Shown here: positions 16,762 to 26,553 of the stretch, in pieces
Position numbering within the stretch: the first letter of the stretch is position 1
How the letters are laid out: every line of letters starts with the position of its first letter
Assembly: GCA_964433435.1 (NCBI GenBank)
Contig: CAYSRM010000003.1
Coordinates: 1 to 62,926 of the forward strand
DNA length: 62,926 nucleotides
DNA from: an uncultured Victivallales bacterium
Lineage (GTDB): Bacteria > Verrucomicrobiota > Kiritimatiellia > UBA8416 > CAYSRM01
Direction: 5' to 3'
Program-made: the position numbers and the translations under genes
The notes under the pieces: model-generated
What the model was told of the DNA's origin: nothing
The model's input: the letters and a program-made list of their open reading frames with translations, nothing else
Databases searched by the model: none

Positions 16762-17706
16762 TCAGGTGTCATTCCTCTTATTGTCTCGGGTCGTTTTCAG
16801 AACTTCTTCGATCAGCTTGCGGTTTGTGTTAATCAGCTCAGCGAGAATCCCGACAGTAGTGAGAAAAGCTGCTATGAGAAACAGAACCACGCCGAAGATC
16901 AACGATTGCACATGGCCCGCGGTTTCGCCTTGTATTGCAAAAACGATGAAACGCCCGAAAGGGATAAGCGCCAGAACAAAGAAGACGACTGCGGTGGAAA
17001 GGAAGACTTTAAGCGGCTGATGGGTGGTATAGGCTCTGACTGTTGTGGATCCCGAGCGCCTTATAAACGTTGTCATGGATTTAAACAGCCGCGATTCCCG
17101 GAGCTTTTTGTTCGTTTTAATCGGTACGCTGACAACCTTCAGTCCCTTGTTGCCTGCCTGTATGAGGGTTTCCAGCGTGTACGAAAAGTCGCTTGTTACA
17201 TTGATGCTCAGCGCGGCTGACCGCGTCATTGCCCTGAAGCCGCTGGTTGCGTCCGGAATGGGGACTCCTGATACTTTGCCGACAACCACGCTTCCGTGTT
17301 TCTGGAGGAATTTTTTCAGTCTCGAAAAATGTTGAATGTTATCAGTTTCTCTGTCACCGATAACAATATCCGCTTGTTGCCTGAGAATGGGTTCGACAAG
17401 TCTGGCAATATCTCCCCCGTCGTACTGGTTGTCGGCATCGGTATTGACTATAATATCAGCGCCTAGCGATAGCGCTTTATCCAGTCCGTGGGCGAATGCG
17501 CGAGCCAGTCCGCGGTTGCCGACAAAGCCGGTAATGTGGTCAACACCGTGTTCTTCGGCAACTTCGCGTGTTCTGTCGGCGCTTCCGTCATCGATCACCA
17601 GGGTTTCGATTGTGTCGATTCCCGGTATGCTTTCCGGGAGGTCGCGTAAAGTAACCGGAAGGGTTTTTTCCTCATTATAGCAAGGTATCTGGATTATGAG
17701 TTTCAT
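16762..17706 (-). CDS. GT2 glycosyltransferase with two C-terminal TM helices (GtrB/ArnC-like)
   Basis: MKLIIQIPCYNEE, IDDGSAD, NTDADNQY and DATSGFRA, plus a hydrophobic C-terminal pair. Confidence 0.9.
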   Translation of the reverse strand: MKLIIQIPCYNEEKTLPVTLRDLPESIPGIDTIETLVIDDGSADRTREVAEEHGVDHITGFVGNRGLARAFAHGLDKALSLGADIIVNTDADNQYDGGDIARLVEPILRQQADIVIGDRETDNIQHFSRLKKFLQKHGSVVVGKVSGVPIPDATSGFRAMTRSAALSINVTSDFSYTLETLIQAGNKGLKVVSVPIKTNKKLRESRLFKSMTTFIRRSGSTTVRAYTTHQPLKVFLSTAVVFFVLALIPFGRFIVFAIQGETAGHVQSLIFGVVLFLIAAFLTTVGILAELINTNRKLIEEVLKTTRDNKRNDT

Positions 17707-17842
17707 GTCTTTGATTAAGAGAATAATAAATCAGCAGCAGTGTACAAGCGCGAAAAAAATTTCTCAAAGGTGATATTATATGTTCTGAGGGCGCACTCTA
17801 CATTTTTCCGTATTCAGACATGTCCTGTTTCGGCCCAGCAGG

Positions 17843-19159
17843 TTATCGGGCAAGATTCTCAAAAGTGTCCGCCAGAGCTTTTGTGAGCGAGGATCGTTCG
17901 TATGCAGGAAAACTCTGCACGCCTTTTCCCAGTCTGCCCTGTTTCCATTGTGCGCGGCATTCGGCAAGGAAGTTTTCTATTCCGCGGCGATCGCCATAGT
18001 CAAACATTCGTCCTGCCCCTGTCTCTTTCAGAATCTTTGCCGCATCACCGTCCGGGGGACCTATTCCCAGAATGGGATTGCCGGTGGGGAGGTAGTCGAA
18101 AATCTTGCCCGTAATGACAAGTCGGTTATCCGGCAGATCGTTTATAATCAACAAGAGGATCTGGGGCTGGTATATCATGTCGAGCATTGATTCATGCGGG
18201 ATATAACTCTCCACGTTCAGGTTTTGTTCTGGAACGTATTGGCAGAGCCGGGCGCGTATGTCGGTGGGCGTTTTTCCGACCAGACGGAAGAGGAGTTCGG
18301 ACGCGAAGGCGCTATCGGTGTTTGCGAGTTTCTGTGCCGCCTGGAACACTTCGTACGGGAAGCCGTTAATGTAGGCAGTTCCATAAAGAGAAAGGATAAA
18401 CCGTCCGGGATCTGTTTTCTGGGCCGGTGTCCGGATATCTTCCCGGTCATAACCGTTGGGTATAACCTGGATTTTGCTTTGTTCTTTGGCAGGCAACTTG
18501 GATTGGAGAAGTTCTCTCAGGCCGCTGCCGACCGTAAGCACGCAATCCGCCTGCATCAGCGTATTATGTTCCATTCGCCTGGTGATTGCCCTGACTGGAC
18601 GCAGTCTCGGCACTGTGTTATACGCAAGGTTTTCCGTCCACGGGTCCCGGAAGTCAGCCACCCAGGGAAGGTTGCTTTTTTCCTTGAGTTTACGGGCTAT
18701 CAGATGTGCGGTATAAGGCGGTGCAGTTGAGAAGATCACCTCGGGGTTATGCTTATGGAGTATTCTCAGGCCCTCCTTTACAGCGAAATGCAGCCAGCCG
18801 CGGCGTGAATCTGGGATAAACAGGTTCAGCCGTATGTATTCTCCCGCAAGGCGGATGGCGCGCGATTTTGATCCACCGGCGGCTGGCTTCTTTGTCTGCG
18901 CACCAGACCTGCCGGCGATTCGCTGGAGGCAGTTGTATAACAGGTGCGGTTCGAGTGAAAAAGCGCGTCTGACTTCTGAAATACCGGCGATATCTTTTGC
19001 GAGACTCGGGTCCTGTTGAAGGGAAGAGCGGCTGTTAGCTGTAAGAACAAGCGGTTCCCACCCGTATTCGCGCAGGTACTTGCAGAACTTGGATACGCGC
19101 TGCACTCCGCCGCCTCCGTCGGGCGGCCAGTAGTATGTGACAATCAGGGCTTTTTTCAT
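17843..19159 (-). CDS. GT4-family glycosyltransferase
   Basis: TYYWPPDGGGGVQR, STAPPY, DFRDPW, IPNGYD and TGKIFDYL. Confidence 0.88.
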   Translation of the reverse strand: MKKALIVTYYWPPDGGGGVQRVSKFCKYLREYGWEPLVLTANSRSSLQQDPSLAKDIAGISEVRRAFSLEPHLLYNCLQRIAGRSGAQTKKPAAGGSKSRAIRLAGEYIRLNLFIPDSRRGWLHFAVKEGLRILHKHNPEVIFSTAPPYTAHLIARKLKEKSNLPWVADFRDPWTENLAYNTVPRLRPVRAITRRMEHNTLMQADCVLTVGSGLRELLQSKLPAKEQSKIQVIPNGYDREDIRTPAQKTDPGRFILSLYGTAYINGFPYEVFQAAQKLANTDSAFASELLFRLVGKTPTDIRARLCQYVPEQNLNVESYIPHESMLDMIYQPQILLLIINDLPDNRLVITGKIFDYLPTGNPILGIGPPDGDAAKILKETGAGRMFDYGDRRGIENFLAECRAQWKQGRLGKGVQSFPAYERSSLTKALADTFENLAR

Positions 19160-19171
19160 TGGAGAATCATC

Positions 19172-20509
19172 TTATTCCGGCAAGTCGACATTTTCCTGCG
19201 ACAATAATCGCTTTGCTATTGCGCGGCACATCCAGGCGTTGCACCAGCGCATAAGGCAGAATTTCTTCGTGAACATTCGTGTCTTCTGGTAGTAAAAGAA
19301 ACCTTTATTGCTGTAAAGGTTATTCAGGGTCCATTGCATGATGTTATGGCTGAAGGCTGCATTTTCTCTGGAAAAGGCATGATCTCTTTCCGGCGAAATC
19401 TTCCAGTATTCGGCGGCGCGCGTGAATGCCATTATTCCGGAAGCGGCTCCATGGGTATCGTGAGGGTGTGTTTTGTTGTTCATCCAGCGCGGGGCGCCGT
19501 CCGGAAAAAACAGTTGGTTGCGATAGTACTCAAGCCCGGCGCGATAATTTTCGGCATAGGCATGATCATTGCTGAAGGTCATATAATCAGCAAGGCAGTC
19601 AAGTATAATGCCGGTATGATAATTGTCATGTTTGATGCGGCTGTCTCCGGCTGGCCAGGTGTAGAACCATGCCCCGTACGAAGTTTGTTTATCCACGACA
19701 AAGCTCATCAACCGTTTTGAAGTTGAAAGAAGGTTCGCCGGTTCATCGGCGGTAGAAGCCAGGCGGGCGCAGAATGAGGAAACCAGGGCGCTGACGTCCA
19801 TTACCGCCCAGTTGATATTCGGGTCGGGCACATAACTGAGGCAAAGCATATTGTCTGATTCCACGAGGCGGCGAGGGTTATCAAGGAGGAAGCTGCTGAT
19901 TTCATGCGCTGCTTTGAGATAGCGCTCCTTCTCTGTAACTTCTGCTGCCCTGAGAAAAGCAAACCCAATCCAGGAGGAAACAACACGGTTGGGATAGTTG
20001 CGCGGTTGGAAAAAACCGACATCCTGCCACGGATAGTGATAGCCCCAGCCGAGCCCGGCCAAATGGCGTTTCTTTCCGTGGGAATTGCTGCTGATGTTGA
20101 AAGCTTCCATGCACCCTGGGGAGGGTGGGGCTTGAGGGGAAGCGTTATGGATAAGCCATTCAAGGAGTTTTTCGGCTTCCGCAATACAGCCGGACGCAGT
20201 AAAAGGGAAAGATTCCCGAGGGTTCTGCTTTAGAAAGGCTGCGAGATCCAGCCATGTGTGAGCAAAGAGTCCAATGCCCTTGGGATTCCGCAGTCGCGGG
20301 ACACACAGGACTGAACGGATGTTGAAAGGGGCTCTCATTACGCTCTGGATGAGCATAAGGCGGAGAAAGCGGTTATTGCAGGACAGCGCGGAAAGCAGCG
20401 GGCTGTTAAGCGCGTCATGCTTGGAGTGCCCCCTGTAACCGCGTTTTCGCGACCAGGAAAGCGTTTCGATCAGCGCTTCGAGCGAGGATTCTTTATTTAA
20501 TTTCGACAT
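19172..20509 (-). CDS. Uncharacterised (alpha/alpha)-toroid, six-hairpin-glycosidase-like protein
   Basis: HDALNSP, GWGYHYPWQ, PNRVVS, DNYHTG and WMRWCNAWM-like motifs. I recognise these from an uncharacterised family found in polysaccharide loci. Confidence 0.55.
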   Translation of the reverse strand: MSKLNKESSLEALIETLSWSRKRGYRGHSKHDALNSPLLSALSCNNRFLRLMLIQSVMRAPFNIRSVLCVPRLRNPKGIGLFAHTWLDLAAFLKQNPRESFPFTASGCIAEAEKLLEWLIHNASPQAPPSPGCMEAFNISSNSHGKKRHLAGLGWGYHYPWQDVGFFQPRNYPNRVVSSWIGFAFLRAAEVTEKERYLKAAHEISSFLLDNPRRLVESDNMLCLSYVPDPNINWAVMDVSALVSSFCARLASTADEPANLLSTSKRLMSFVVDKQTSYGAWFYTWPAGDSRIKHDNYHTGIILDCLADYMTFSNDHAYAENYRAGLEYYRNQLFFPDGAPRWMNNKTHPHDTHGAASGIMAFTRAAEYWKISPERDHAFSRENAAFSHNIMQWTLNNLYSNKGFFYYQKTRMFTKKFCLMRWCNAWMCRAIAKRLLSQENVDLPE

Positions 20510-22484
20510 TGAAAATATCGATCCATTGTTTTACGCCCAGCATCATCCAGGCGATAAAATAGTGCCATCGCATATTCGGATGCGGCGGGTAATCCATGAG
20601 TTTGTGTACGAAGTCATGATTAAAAAGTCCGGTGTCTTTGCACCACTCACGAGTCAGGTTGTCTCCGACGCTGCCGCGGAGATCTTTTGTCCACTGATGG
20701 TAAGAGCTGAATGAAAAGCCCTGCTTTTTTTTCTGCATAATGGACTGCGGCAGGCTATCGCCAATGCATTCCTTCCAGAATTTTTTTGTTTCTGCTCCTG
20801 ACATTTTCCATTCGACCGGCAAATTAAACGCCAGTTCCACGAAAGATTTGTCAAGAAAGGGCACTCTTGATTCGACGCCGTGAGCGCTTGATACCCTGTC
20901 TTCGTTAAGCAGAAAATCGTCGACCATCTTGGTATGGAATTCTGCTTTAAGCACCTGTTGCAGAAAGCTGCCCCGCCCGGAAAAAAAGTCGCGGAAATAT
21001 GAGGCGGCCCGCGGATATTGGCGGAACATCTCAGGTTTATCGTATAACAGATTGTACATTGCCGGATCCTCATCCCAGGCATTGCGAAGCCGCGTATAGA
21101 ACTGGGCTGGGTCTCCCGCTGACAGAGCAATCTGGGCGCCGATCCGGTAATGTTCAAAGCGCAGGCTTCCAGCCTTGTTCTGGATCTGCCAGAGGAGGCT
21201 GCTGCCGGGACTCAGCACGTGCTTCTGGAACCATTGAGGAATCAGGTTGTTGATTCTGCCGAGCGTATTGCAGTACCGGTGTATATCGTATCCGGCAAAA
21301 AGTTCATCCCCGCCAAGCCCGCTCAGCATAACTTTGACATGCGGCTTGACAAAACCGGCCAGTTCATAGCCTTGCATGATGTTGATTTTGGGTTCTTCGA
21401 CCGCCCGGATCACTTCCTCTGCCTTCTTCAGGGGCTGCGCCGGCAGACGGGTATCGTGGTGTTGAGTATGGAAAAAGTCTGCTACCATGGCAGCCTCAGC
21501 ATTTTCATCCGAGGGCTCATTAAATCCGAGAGTGAATGTTCTTATAATACGGTCTGCCAGCCTCAGATCGCTGCTCTGTGAGCAGGCCTTTGAGGCAGCC
21601 GCTACAATCATGCTCGAGTCTAATCCTCCGGAGAGCGCCATGCCCAGTGGCACGTCGCTTACAAGTTGCCTGCGGACAGCGGCGCTAAATTGCTCCATGA
21701 CCCTGGCGCGGATTTCCGGCCGTCCGCCAGCCGGCTGTGTCTTATGTTCTTCCAGTGAATAGTATCTTTCCAATTGCTTGATTCTGCCGTTTTCCACAAC
21801 TGCGAAATGGGCTGCTGGAAGACGGTGTACTCCCTGGAAGAGTGTTTCACGTCCCGGCACATAGCGGAGATTCATAAAAACATGTAGCGCTGATTTGTTC
21901 AGTCGCGGTTTGACTCCTGCGGCGAGCAGTCCTTTTATTTCGGATGCGAAAATGAATTTGCCGTTTTCACTGAAATAGTTAAGTGGCTTTATGCCGAACG
22001 GGTCCCGCGCCGCCAGCAGCTTTTTCTTTTGCGAGTCCCACAGGGCGAATGCGAAGATACCGTCAAGTCTGTTGAGCCATGCTGCGGGGTTTTCGGGGTT
22101 CCGGCGGTACATTGCCAGAAGAATTTCGGTGTCTGAATCGGTGCGAAAACGGCAGCCCTGTTCTTCCAATTCTTTCCGAAGCTGTATAAAGTTGTATATC
22201 TCCCCGTTGAAAACGACAGTAGTTTTGCCATCGGGGGTAGTCATGGGTTGCATTCCGGTTTCCGGATCAATTACTGCAAGTCTTCTGTGGCCCAGTGAAC
22301 AGATGGACGGCGGAAGCGGAGGGGTTCGGTCTGCAAAGGATGTAGCAGTGTAGACCGGCTCAGTCCCGTCGCTGAACAGTCCTTCCCCGTCGGGCCCCCG
22401 ATGGGCCTGGGCATTGTTCATGGCCCGAACGACGTTGCAATGATCATCAGGCTGCTCTGTCAGGATTCCGCAGATACCACACAT
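20493..22484 (-). CDS. asnB: Asparagine synthase (glutamine-hydrolysing)-like amidotransferase
   Basis: MCGICG, HRGPDG, GHRRLAVID, FNGEIYN, RDPFGIKPL, LSGGLDSS, SGLGGDELFAGY and ESRVPFLD. Confidence 0.9.
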   Translation of the reverse strand: MCGICGILTEQPDDHCNVVRAMNNAQAHRGPDGEGLFSDGTEPVYTATSFADRTPPLPPSICSLGHRRLAVIDPETGMQPMTTPDGKTTVVFNGEIYNFIQLRKELEEQGCRFRTDSDTEILLAMYRRNPENPAAWLNRLDGIFAFALWDSQKKKLLAARDPFGIKPLNYFSENGKFIFASEIKGLLAAGVKPRLNKSALHVFMNLRYVPGRETLFQGVHRLPAAHFAVVENGRIKQLERYYSLEEHKTQPAGGRPEIRARVMEQFSAAVRRQLVSDVPLGMALSGGLDSSMIVAAASKACSQSSDLRLADRIIRTFTLGFNEPSDENAEAAMVADFFHTQHHDTRLPAQPLKKAEEVIRAVEEPKINIMQGYELAGFVKPHVKVMLSGLGGDELFAGYDIHRYCNTLGRINNLIPQWFQKHVLSPGSSLLWQIQNKAGSLRFEHYRIGAQIALSAGDPAQFYTRLRNAWDEDPAMYNLLYDKPEMFRQYPRAASYFRDFFSGRGSFLQQVLKAEFHTKMVDDFLLNEDRVSSAHGVESRVPFLDKSFVELAFNLPVEWKMSGAETKKFWKECIGDSLPQSIMQKKKQGFSFSSYHQWTKDLRGSVGDNLTREWCKDTGLFNHDFVHKLMDYPPHPNMRWHYFIAWMMLGVKQWIDIFNVEIK

Positions 22485-22533
22485 AAGAATTCCGTCTGCC
22501 GGACGGCAGTATTTTGTGACCTCGAAAACAATA

Positions 22534-25317
22534 TCAGTTTTCTTCAGTGCGGTTGGGTCGCACTGAAATACGGCTCACCATATGCCCCAACTTTCTCGTA
22601 TCCCTGCTTTCCATTATTTTTGAAGGGCGCCAGCCCGGAGAAACAATTTCCAGGACAGAATAGGTCTTTGCCTTTTGAATAGTGTCCCGGCTTGCGTGCA
22701 ATACGTAAGATACGACGTTTCTGTTATCATCGCTTCTACTTTTTTCAGCAGGTTCAAGTTGTCTGTTATTGACCATAAAAACCGGATCGGTCCTGACGCA
22801 TTCAGGCTGATGTTCGCAAATTGTTACTGTGATCCTGATGTTTCTTTCCGGAATGGCTACGGGCAGGCGGACTTTTCCGTGTCCTGATGTCCACCGGGCC
22901 GTTCTTTTGCCGTCTTCTTCTCTTTTATGGAAACCTCCCAGTAAGAACTGGCTGTCTTTATTCGATCCGATGTTTATATCTAATGTTTCGCGCAGAGTGT
23001 TGTCGACCGCATAGATCTTTGCGACAGATAATCTTTTCCAGACGTAGTCGGATGTTTTGCCTTCGATGATTGATTGGCGTTGTATCTCTCTGGACGGAAT
23101 ATTTGCGTCAAGCTGAACCTTTGCCATGCGCAGTTCTTCATGGCTCTTTCCCAATTGTACTGACAGCCATTTGGTTTGCCTCCTTCCCGGACTGGGCCAC
23201 GAAACGGTTCCAGTCTCCGTTGTCATTGTAATCTCGTAATTATCCTCGAAGCGCGTGGGTTCTTCTCGATATTCAGTTACCAGTATATCTGCAAACACAA
23301 GTTGATTTGTATCGGCGCACACCGGCAGCTCAAGAGCGCCTTTGTCGTAGAGAATAGATCCGCTATCCAGCGGGTATTGGTCAACTAATTCCGTGCTCAG
23401 GTAGCGATGGTAGGTAAGTGGCTTCAGTTTTACCTCAAGAGGTTTATTGACCGGTGTTATGTTGAGTTGCGGAGATTGTGGGAGCGGGGCGTCGGAAACT
23501 ATTTGTATTGTTGCGTTTGTTTTCCCGTTAAAAATTTCCGGCGCGAGGCGGTGGAACTGTACTCCGTTTGTAACGGCAGGTTCTATCAGTTCTTTATTAA
23601 CATAGAGTTTACAGAAGGTTCTTCCCGGGTAATCCCAAAGTCGGAAACAGTTCGACTGCATAATTGCGGGAGTCCCGGGGTTATCGACCGTAATGTCATA
23701 AGTCACATTTGTCAGGCTCCAGGGGCGCACGGAATAGAGAGTATCGCGGAGTTTTCTGCCATAATGGTCGGGGGTAACCGTCAGGTCACTGAAGTCAATG
23801 ACCGGAACGAAATCAAACACGTTTTTCAAGAGTTGCGGGTGATTGGAACCGTAGAAGTAGTAGTTGTTGGTGTTGAACTTTGCAAAAAAACTGTGGTTGA
23901 CCCGGGTCAGAGCTTTGTCGAGCCCGTATTTCTTGTTTTTATGCCAACACATTTCGTAGCCAACCGGAGCATGTGAGCTCTGAGTTAACCAGGCGAGCAT
24001 TTCACGGTAATGGGCACTATTGCTCAGGAATACGCAGGGTTTATCTATGTGTGGCATTATTTCCGACAGAAAAGTTTTAACCTGCCATACTTTTAAAAGT
24101 TGTGTATTGCCTGCATTGGATGCCAGTACAAATACTACAATTGCCGTAAAAACTACCGGAAGGCTTCTGCGCGCATGGAGATACAAGGGTGGCCGGAAGT
24201 GTCCTGCGACACGGAGCGCGCCTGAAATGAAAGTTGCCGCTCCGATGCCCATCAGCGGGGTAATAAAAAGGTCCACGCATAACAGGTAGCGCGCCTTTAC
24301 GTAATGGTAACAGGCATAGAAAAGCGAAAAGATCAGCGCTGAGAGGGCGTAAACCAGCAGGGTGCGGATCCATCGTTTCCGGAGACATGCAATAACTCCA
24401 GCCAGGAGCGCCGCCATTCCCGCCCATCCGTAATTATCGAGAAAAAAAAGCCAGGTTTCTTTTCCGATGGAAAAGAAATATGAAAAACTCATACCCGGGA
24501 TTGGAAGGTCTTTGGGAACCTGCAGGGAGCCGTTCTGTCTGCCTGTAAATCTTGAAGAGGCGTAGGAAGGGATCCAGAAATGGCCGGAAAAAAAAGCATT
24601 ATTTATAAGAAACGGCAGCAGTCCGATGAACAATCCAAAACCGAATGCCAGCGCGGAATTCCGCCACGGTATTTTTCCGGACCCGGCAATGGAGTACAGG
24701 TAATTCAGAAAAAAAACCGGAAGCACAAGCACTATTGTTTCCCTGGCTCCGATAGCGAGGCCGAGAAGAATTCCGCTGAAGGCCAGAGTCAGCCAATTTC
24801 TGTCCTTAATATATTTTGCAGAAAGGCAGAAGCTGCCCAGCATAAGGCTGAAGGCCAGGGCCTCACGAAACGGGTTAACCAGTTCCAGGAAGACGTCGTG
24901 TTTTACTGTTACCAGGATGCATACGCAGGCAAGTCCCGACAATAAGGCGACGTAGTCCTGTTTATCCCCTGTTGATTCCAGCGCTATTAATCGCCGAAGA
25001 AGACCGAAGGATAAACCAGCTACAAGCAGCAACAACGGAACATTCGACAGAAACACCCAGAATGGGCCGGCAAGACTGAGAAACACGCCGAGCACAGCGG
25101 GGTAAACCGGGGGTCGCCTGGCTTGAGGCGTTCCGGCCATGAGCCATTGAGCACGTCGCAGCCAGTGTTCGGGGTCGGAATAAGCCTTTATGTAATGGCT
25201 CCACACCAGGTAGATGCCGAGAGCGATAATTATAAGAACGAGCGCCGTGTATATCCGGCGTCTTTCCGTTGTGGATCCGGACAAATTGAAAATCTTCTTG
25301 CAGTCTATTTTCATCAA
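22534..25317 (-). CDS. Large integral membrane protein, putative GT-C glycosyltransferase with periplasmic beta-rich domains
   Basis: 927 aa. First TM followed by HYIKAYSDP, about 11 TM segments, 'RE' and 'RY' loop motifs, and a C-terminal 'GFH..E....RWT' type domain. Confidence 0.65.
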   Translation of the reverse strand: MMKIDCKKIFNLSGSTTERRRIYTALVLIIIALGIYLVWSHYIKAYSDPEHWLRRAQWLMAGTPQARRPPVYPAVLGVFLSLAGPFWVFLSNVPLLLLVAGLSFGLLRRLIALESTGDKQDYVALLSGLACVCILVTVKHDVFLELVNPFREALAFSLMLGSFCLSAKYIKDRNWLTLAFSGILLGLAIGARETIVLVLPVFFLNYLYSIAGSGKIPWRNSALAFGFGLFIGLLPFLINNAFFSGHFWIPSYASSRFTGRQNGSLQVPKDLPIPGMSFSYFFSIGKETWLFFLDNYGWAGMAALLAGVIACLRKRWIRTLLVYALSALIFSLFYACYHYVKARYLLCVDLFITPLMGIGAATFISGALRVAGHFRPPLYLHARRSLPVVFTAIVVFVLASNAGNTQLLKVWQVKTFLSEIMPHIDKPCVFLSNSAHYREMLAWLTQSSHAPVGYEMCWHKNKKYGLDKALTRVNHSFFAKFNTNNYYFYGSNHPQLLKNVFDFVPVIDFSDLTVTPDHYGRKLRDTLYSVRPWSLTNVTYDITVDNPGTPAIMQSNCFRLWDYPGRTFCKLYVNKELIEPAVTNGVQFHRLAPEIFNGKTNATIQIVSDAPLPQSPQLNITPVNKPLEVKLKPLTYHRYLSTELVDQYPLDSGSILYDKGALELPVCADTNQLVFADILVTEYREEPTRFEDNYEITMTTETGTVSWPSPGRRQTKWLSVQLGKSHEELRMAKVQLDANIPSREIQRQSIIEGKTSDYVWKRLSVAKIYAVDNTLRETLDINIGSNKDSQFLLGGFHKREEDGKRTARWTSGHGKVRLPVAIPERNIRITVTICEHQPECVRTDPVFMVNNRQLEPAEKSRSDDNRNVVSYVLHASRDTIQKAKTYSVLEIVSPGWRPSKIMESRDTRKLGHMVSRISVRPNRTEEN

Positions 25318-26237
25318 TAATAGTACCCGAAATTTTTCAGAGGTTTGTCAAACATATTCGCGAGTCTGCAGTTGTCTGCTTTGTAGATTTCTCTTATTTG
25401 TTTCTTTTCTCTTTCTGATAGCAGGAGTGTTTTGCTTTTGTTCCCTGAAAAAATGTTGTCAATGGTTTTTATGCCATAAGCGGTTGCTTTCCACAGAAAC
25501 CACGGGCAGCGTGTTGCTGTTCTTGATTCGTATGTTTCTTTTTCGGCGACCAGTATTGTGTTGAGTTTCCTTATAAGTTCTATTCCCATGGGGGAGGCGC
25601 CGATATTTTTTTTCCTGCCGGCGTCCACGCCGGACAAATCGCAATTTAAAAAGGATGAAAGAGTTTCAATAAATTTTCCCGGGTCGTGTTTAAGCTCTTC
25701 ATGGAAGAGCACAAGGGTATTCTTTTCTCCGAAAAGTTCATGCATAATCGAGATAACCTGTGAATACCGGTAATCAGCATACTCCAGGTAGTTGTTATTT
25801 TCCAGCGCAAGGCGCCCCATAAATTCGGACGCTCGCATGCTGCCTCCCTGCAGTACATACTGGAGATATCGGGAAATAAGCATATCGGTCTGGTTGCGAA
25901 CTATAACAATAATTCTTATGCCGGGTAATGATTTTCTGATTCGTTCGAGGACAGACTTTACGGAATTCAAATTGGTAGTGGAACATTTCAGTTCCGGGTG
26001 TACTCCGGGGAGAAGAATATGTTCCTGGCTTTCGATTACCACTTTATAGCCGGATGATCCCCGGAAGAAACGTGAGTAGTGTTCAATGCCTTTTTCGTAC
26101 TCAGGCGAGTCGAGTGTGAGAAAGAATCCCGTTTTATACACAAAGAATATGTCTTCGCGTGACCGCAACAGGTTCTGCAGCCATGTGGAGGCGGCTTTTG
26201 AATAACCTGCATGAATAAAATCCGGTAGTTCAATCAT
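25314..26237 (-). CDS. Sulfotransferase
   Basis: 5'-PSB-like motif PDFIHAGYSKAASTWL, 3'-PB-like VIVRNQTDMLISRY, and 'FHEELK'. Confidence 0.8.
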   Translation of the reverse strand: MIELPDFIHAGYSKAASTWLQNLLRSREDIFFVYKTGFFLTLDSPEYEKGIEHYSRFFRGSSGYKVVIESQEHILLPGVHPELKCSTTNLNSVKSVLERIRKSLPGIRIIVIVRNQTDMLISRYLQYVLQGGSMRASEFMGRLALENNNYLEYADYRYSQVISIMHELFGEKNTLVLFHEELKHDPGKFIETLSSFLNCDLSGVDAGRKKNIGASPMGIELIRKLNTILVAEKETYESRTATRCPWFLWKATAYGIKTIDNIFSGNKSKTLLLSEREKKQIREIYKADNCRLANMFDKPLKNFGYYY

Positions 26238-26553
26238 TTTTCTGATCCGAACGCATCTTTGTCATCAACTGTAATTCCGGGCAATGCGCTTTGCTTTACC
26301 ATTGCAATAAATTCATCTTGTGTTGTTAAGAAGAGGGAGTTTCCGTCTGCAATCGTTTCAGCGCTCCATTTCATCAAACGTGATGTCGGGGTGCCCGGTG
26401 TTTATCCCGCATTGTGCAGATATCGTATTCATTAATAAGAGGGATACATTGCGAACAGAGCGCTGAATAGTCAAGACAATGTTTGTTTCGGTTTTCTGGC
26501 CCCGGGAGTATTGAGCCGACGCTGCCCATACGGTAATTCTGAAAGATGTTGTT

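Noticed and set aside
20493-22484. asnB as a housekeeping asparagine biosynthesis gene
   Set aside because: Its position inside a glycosyltransferase operon favours a glycan amidotransferase role. The symbol indicates family only.
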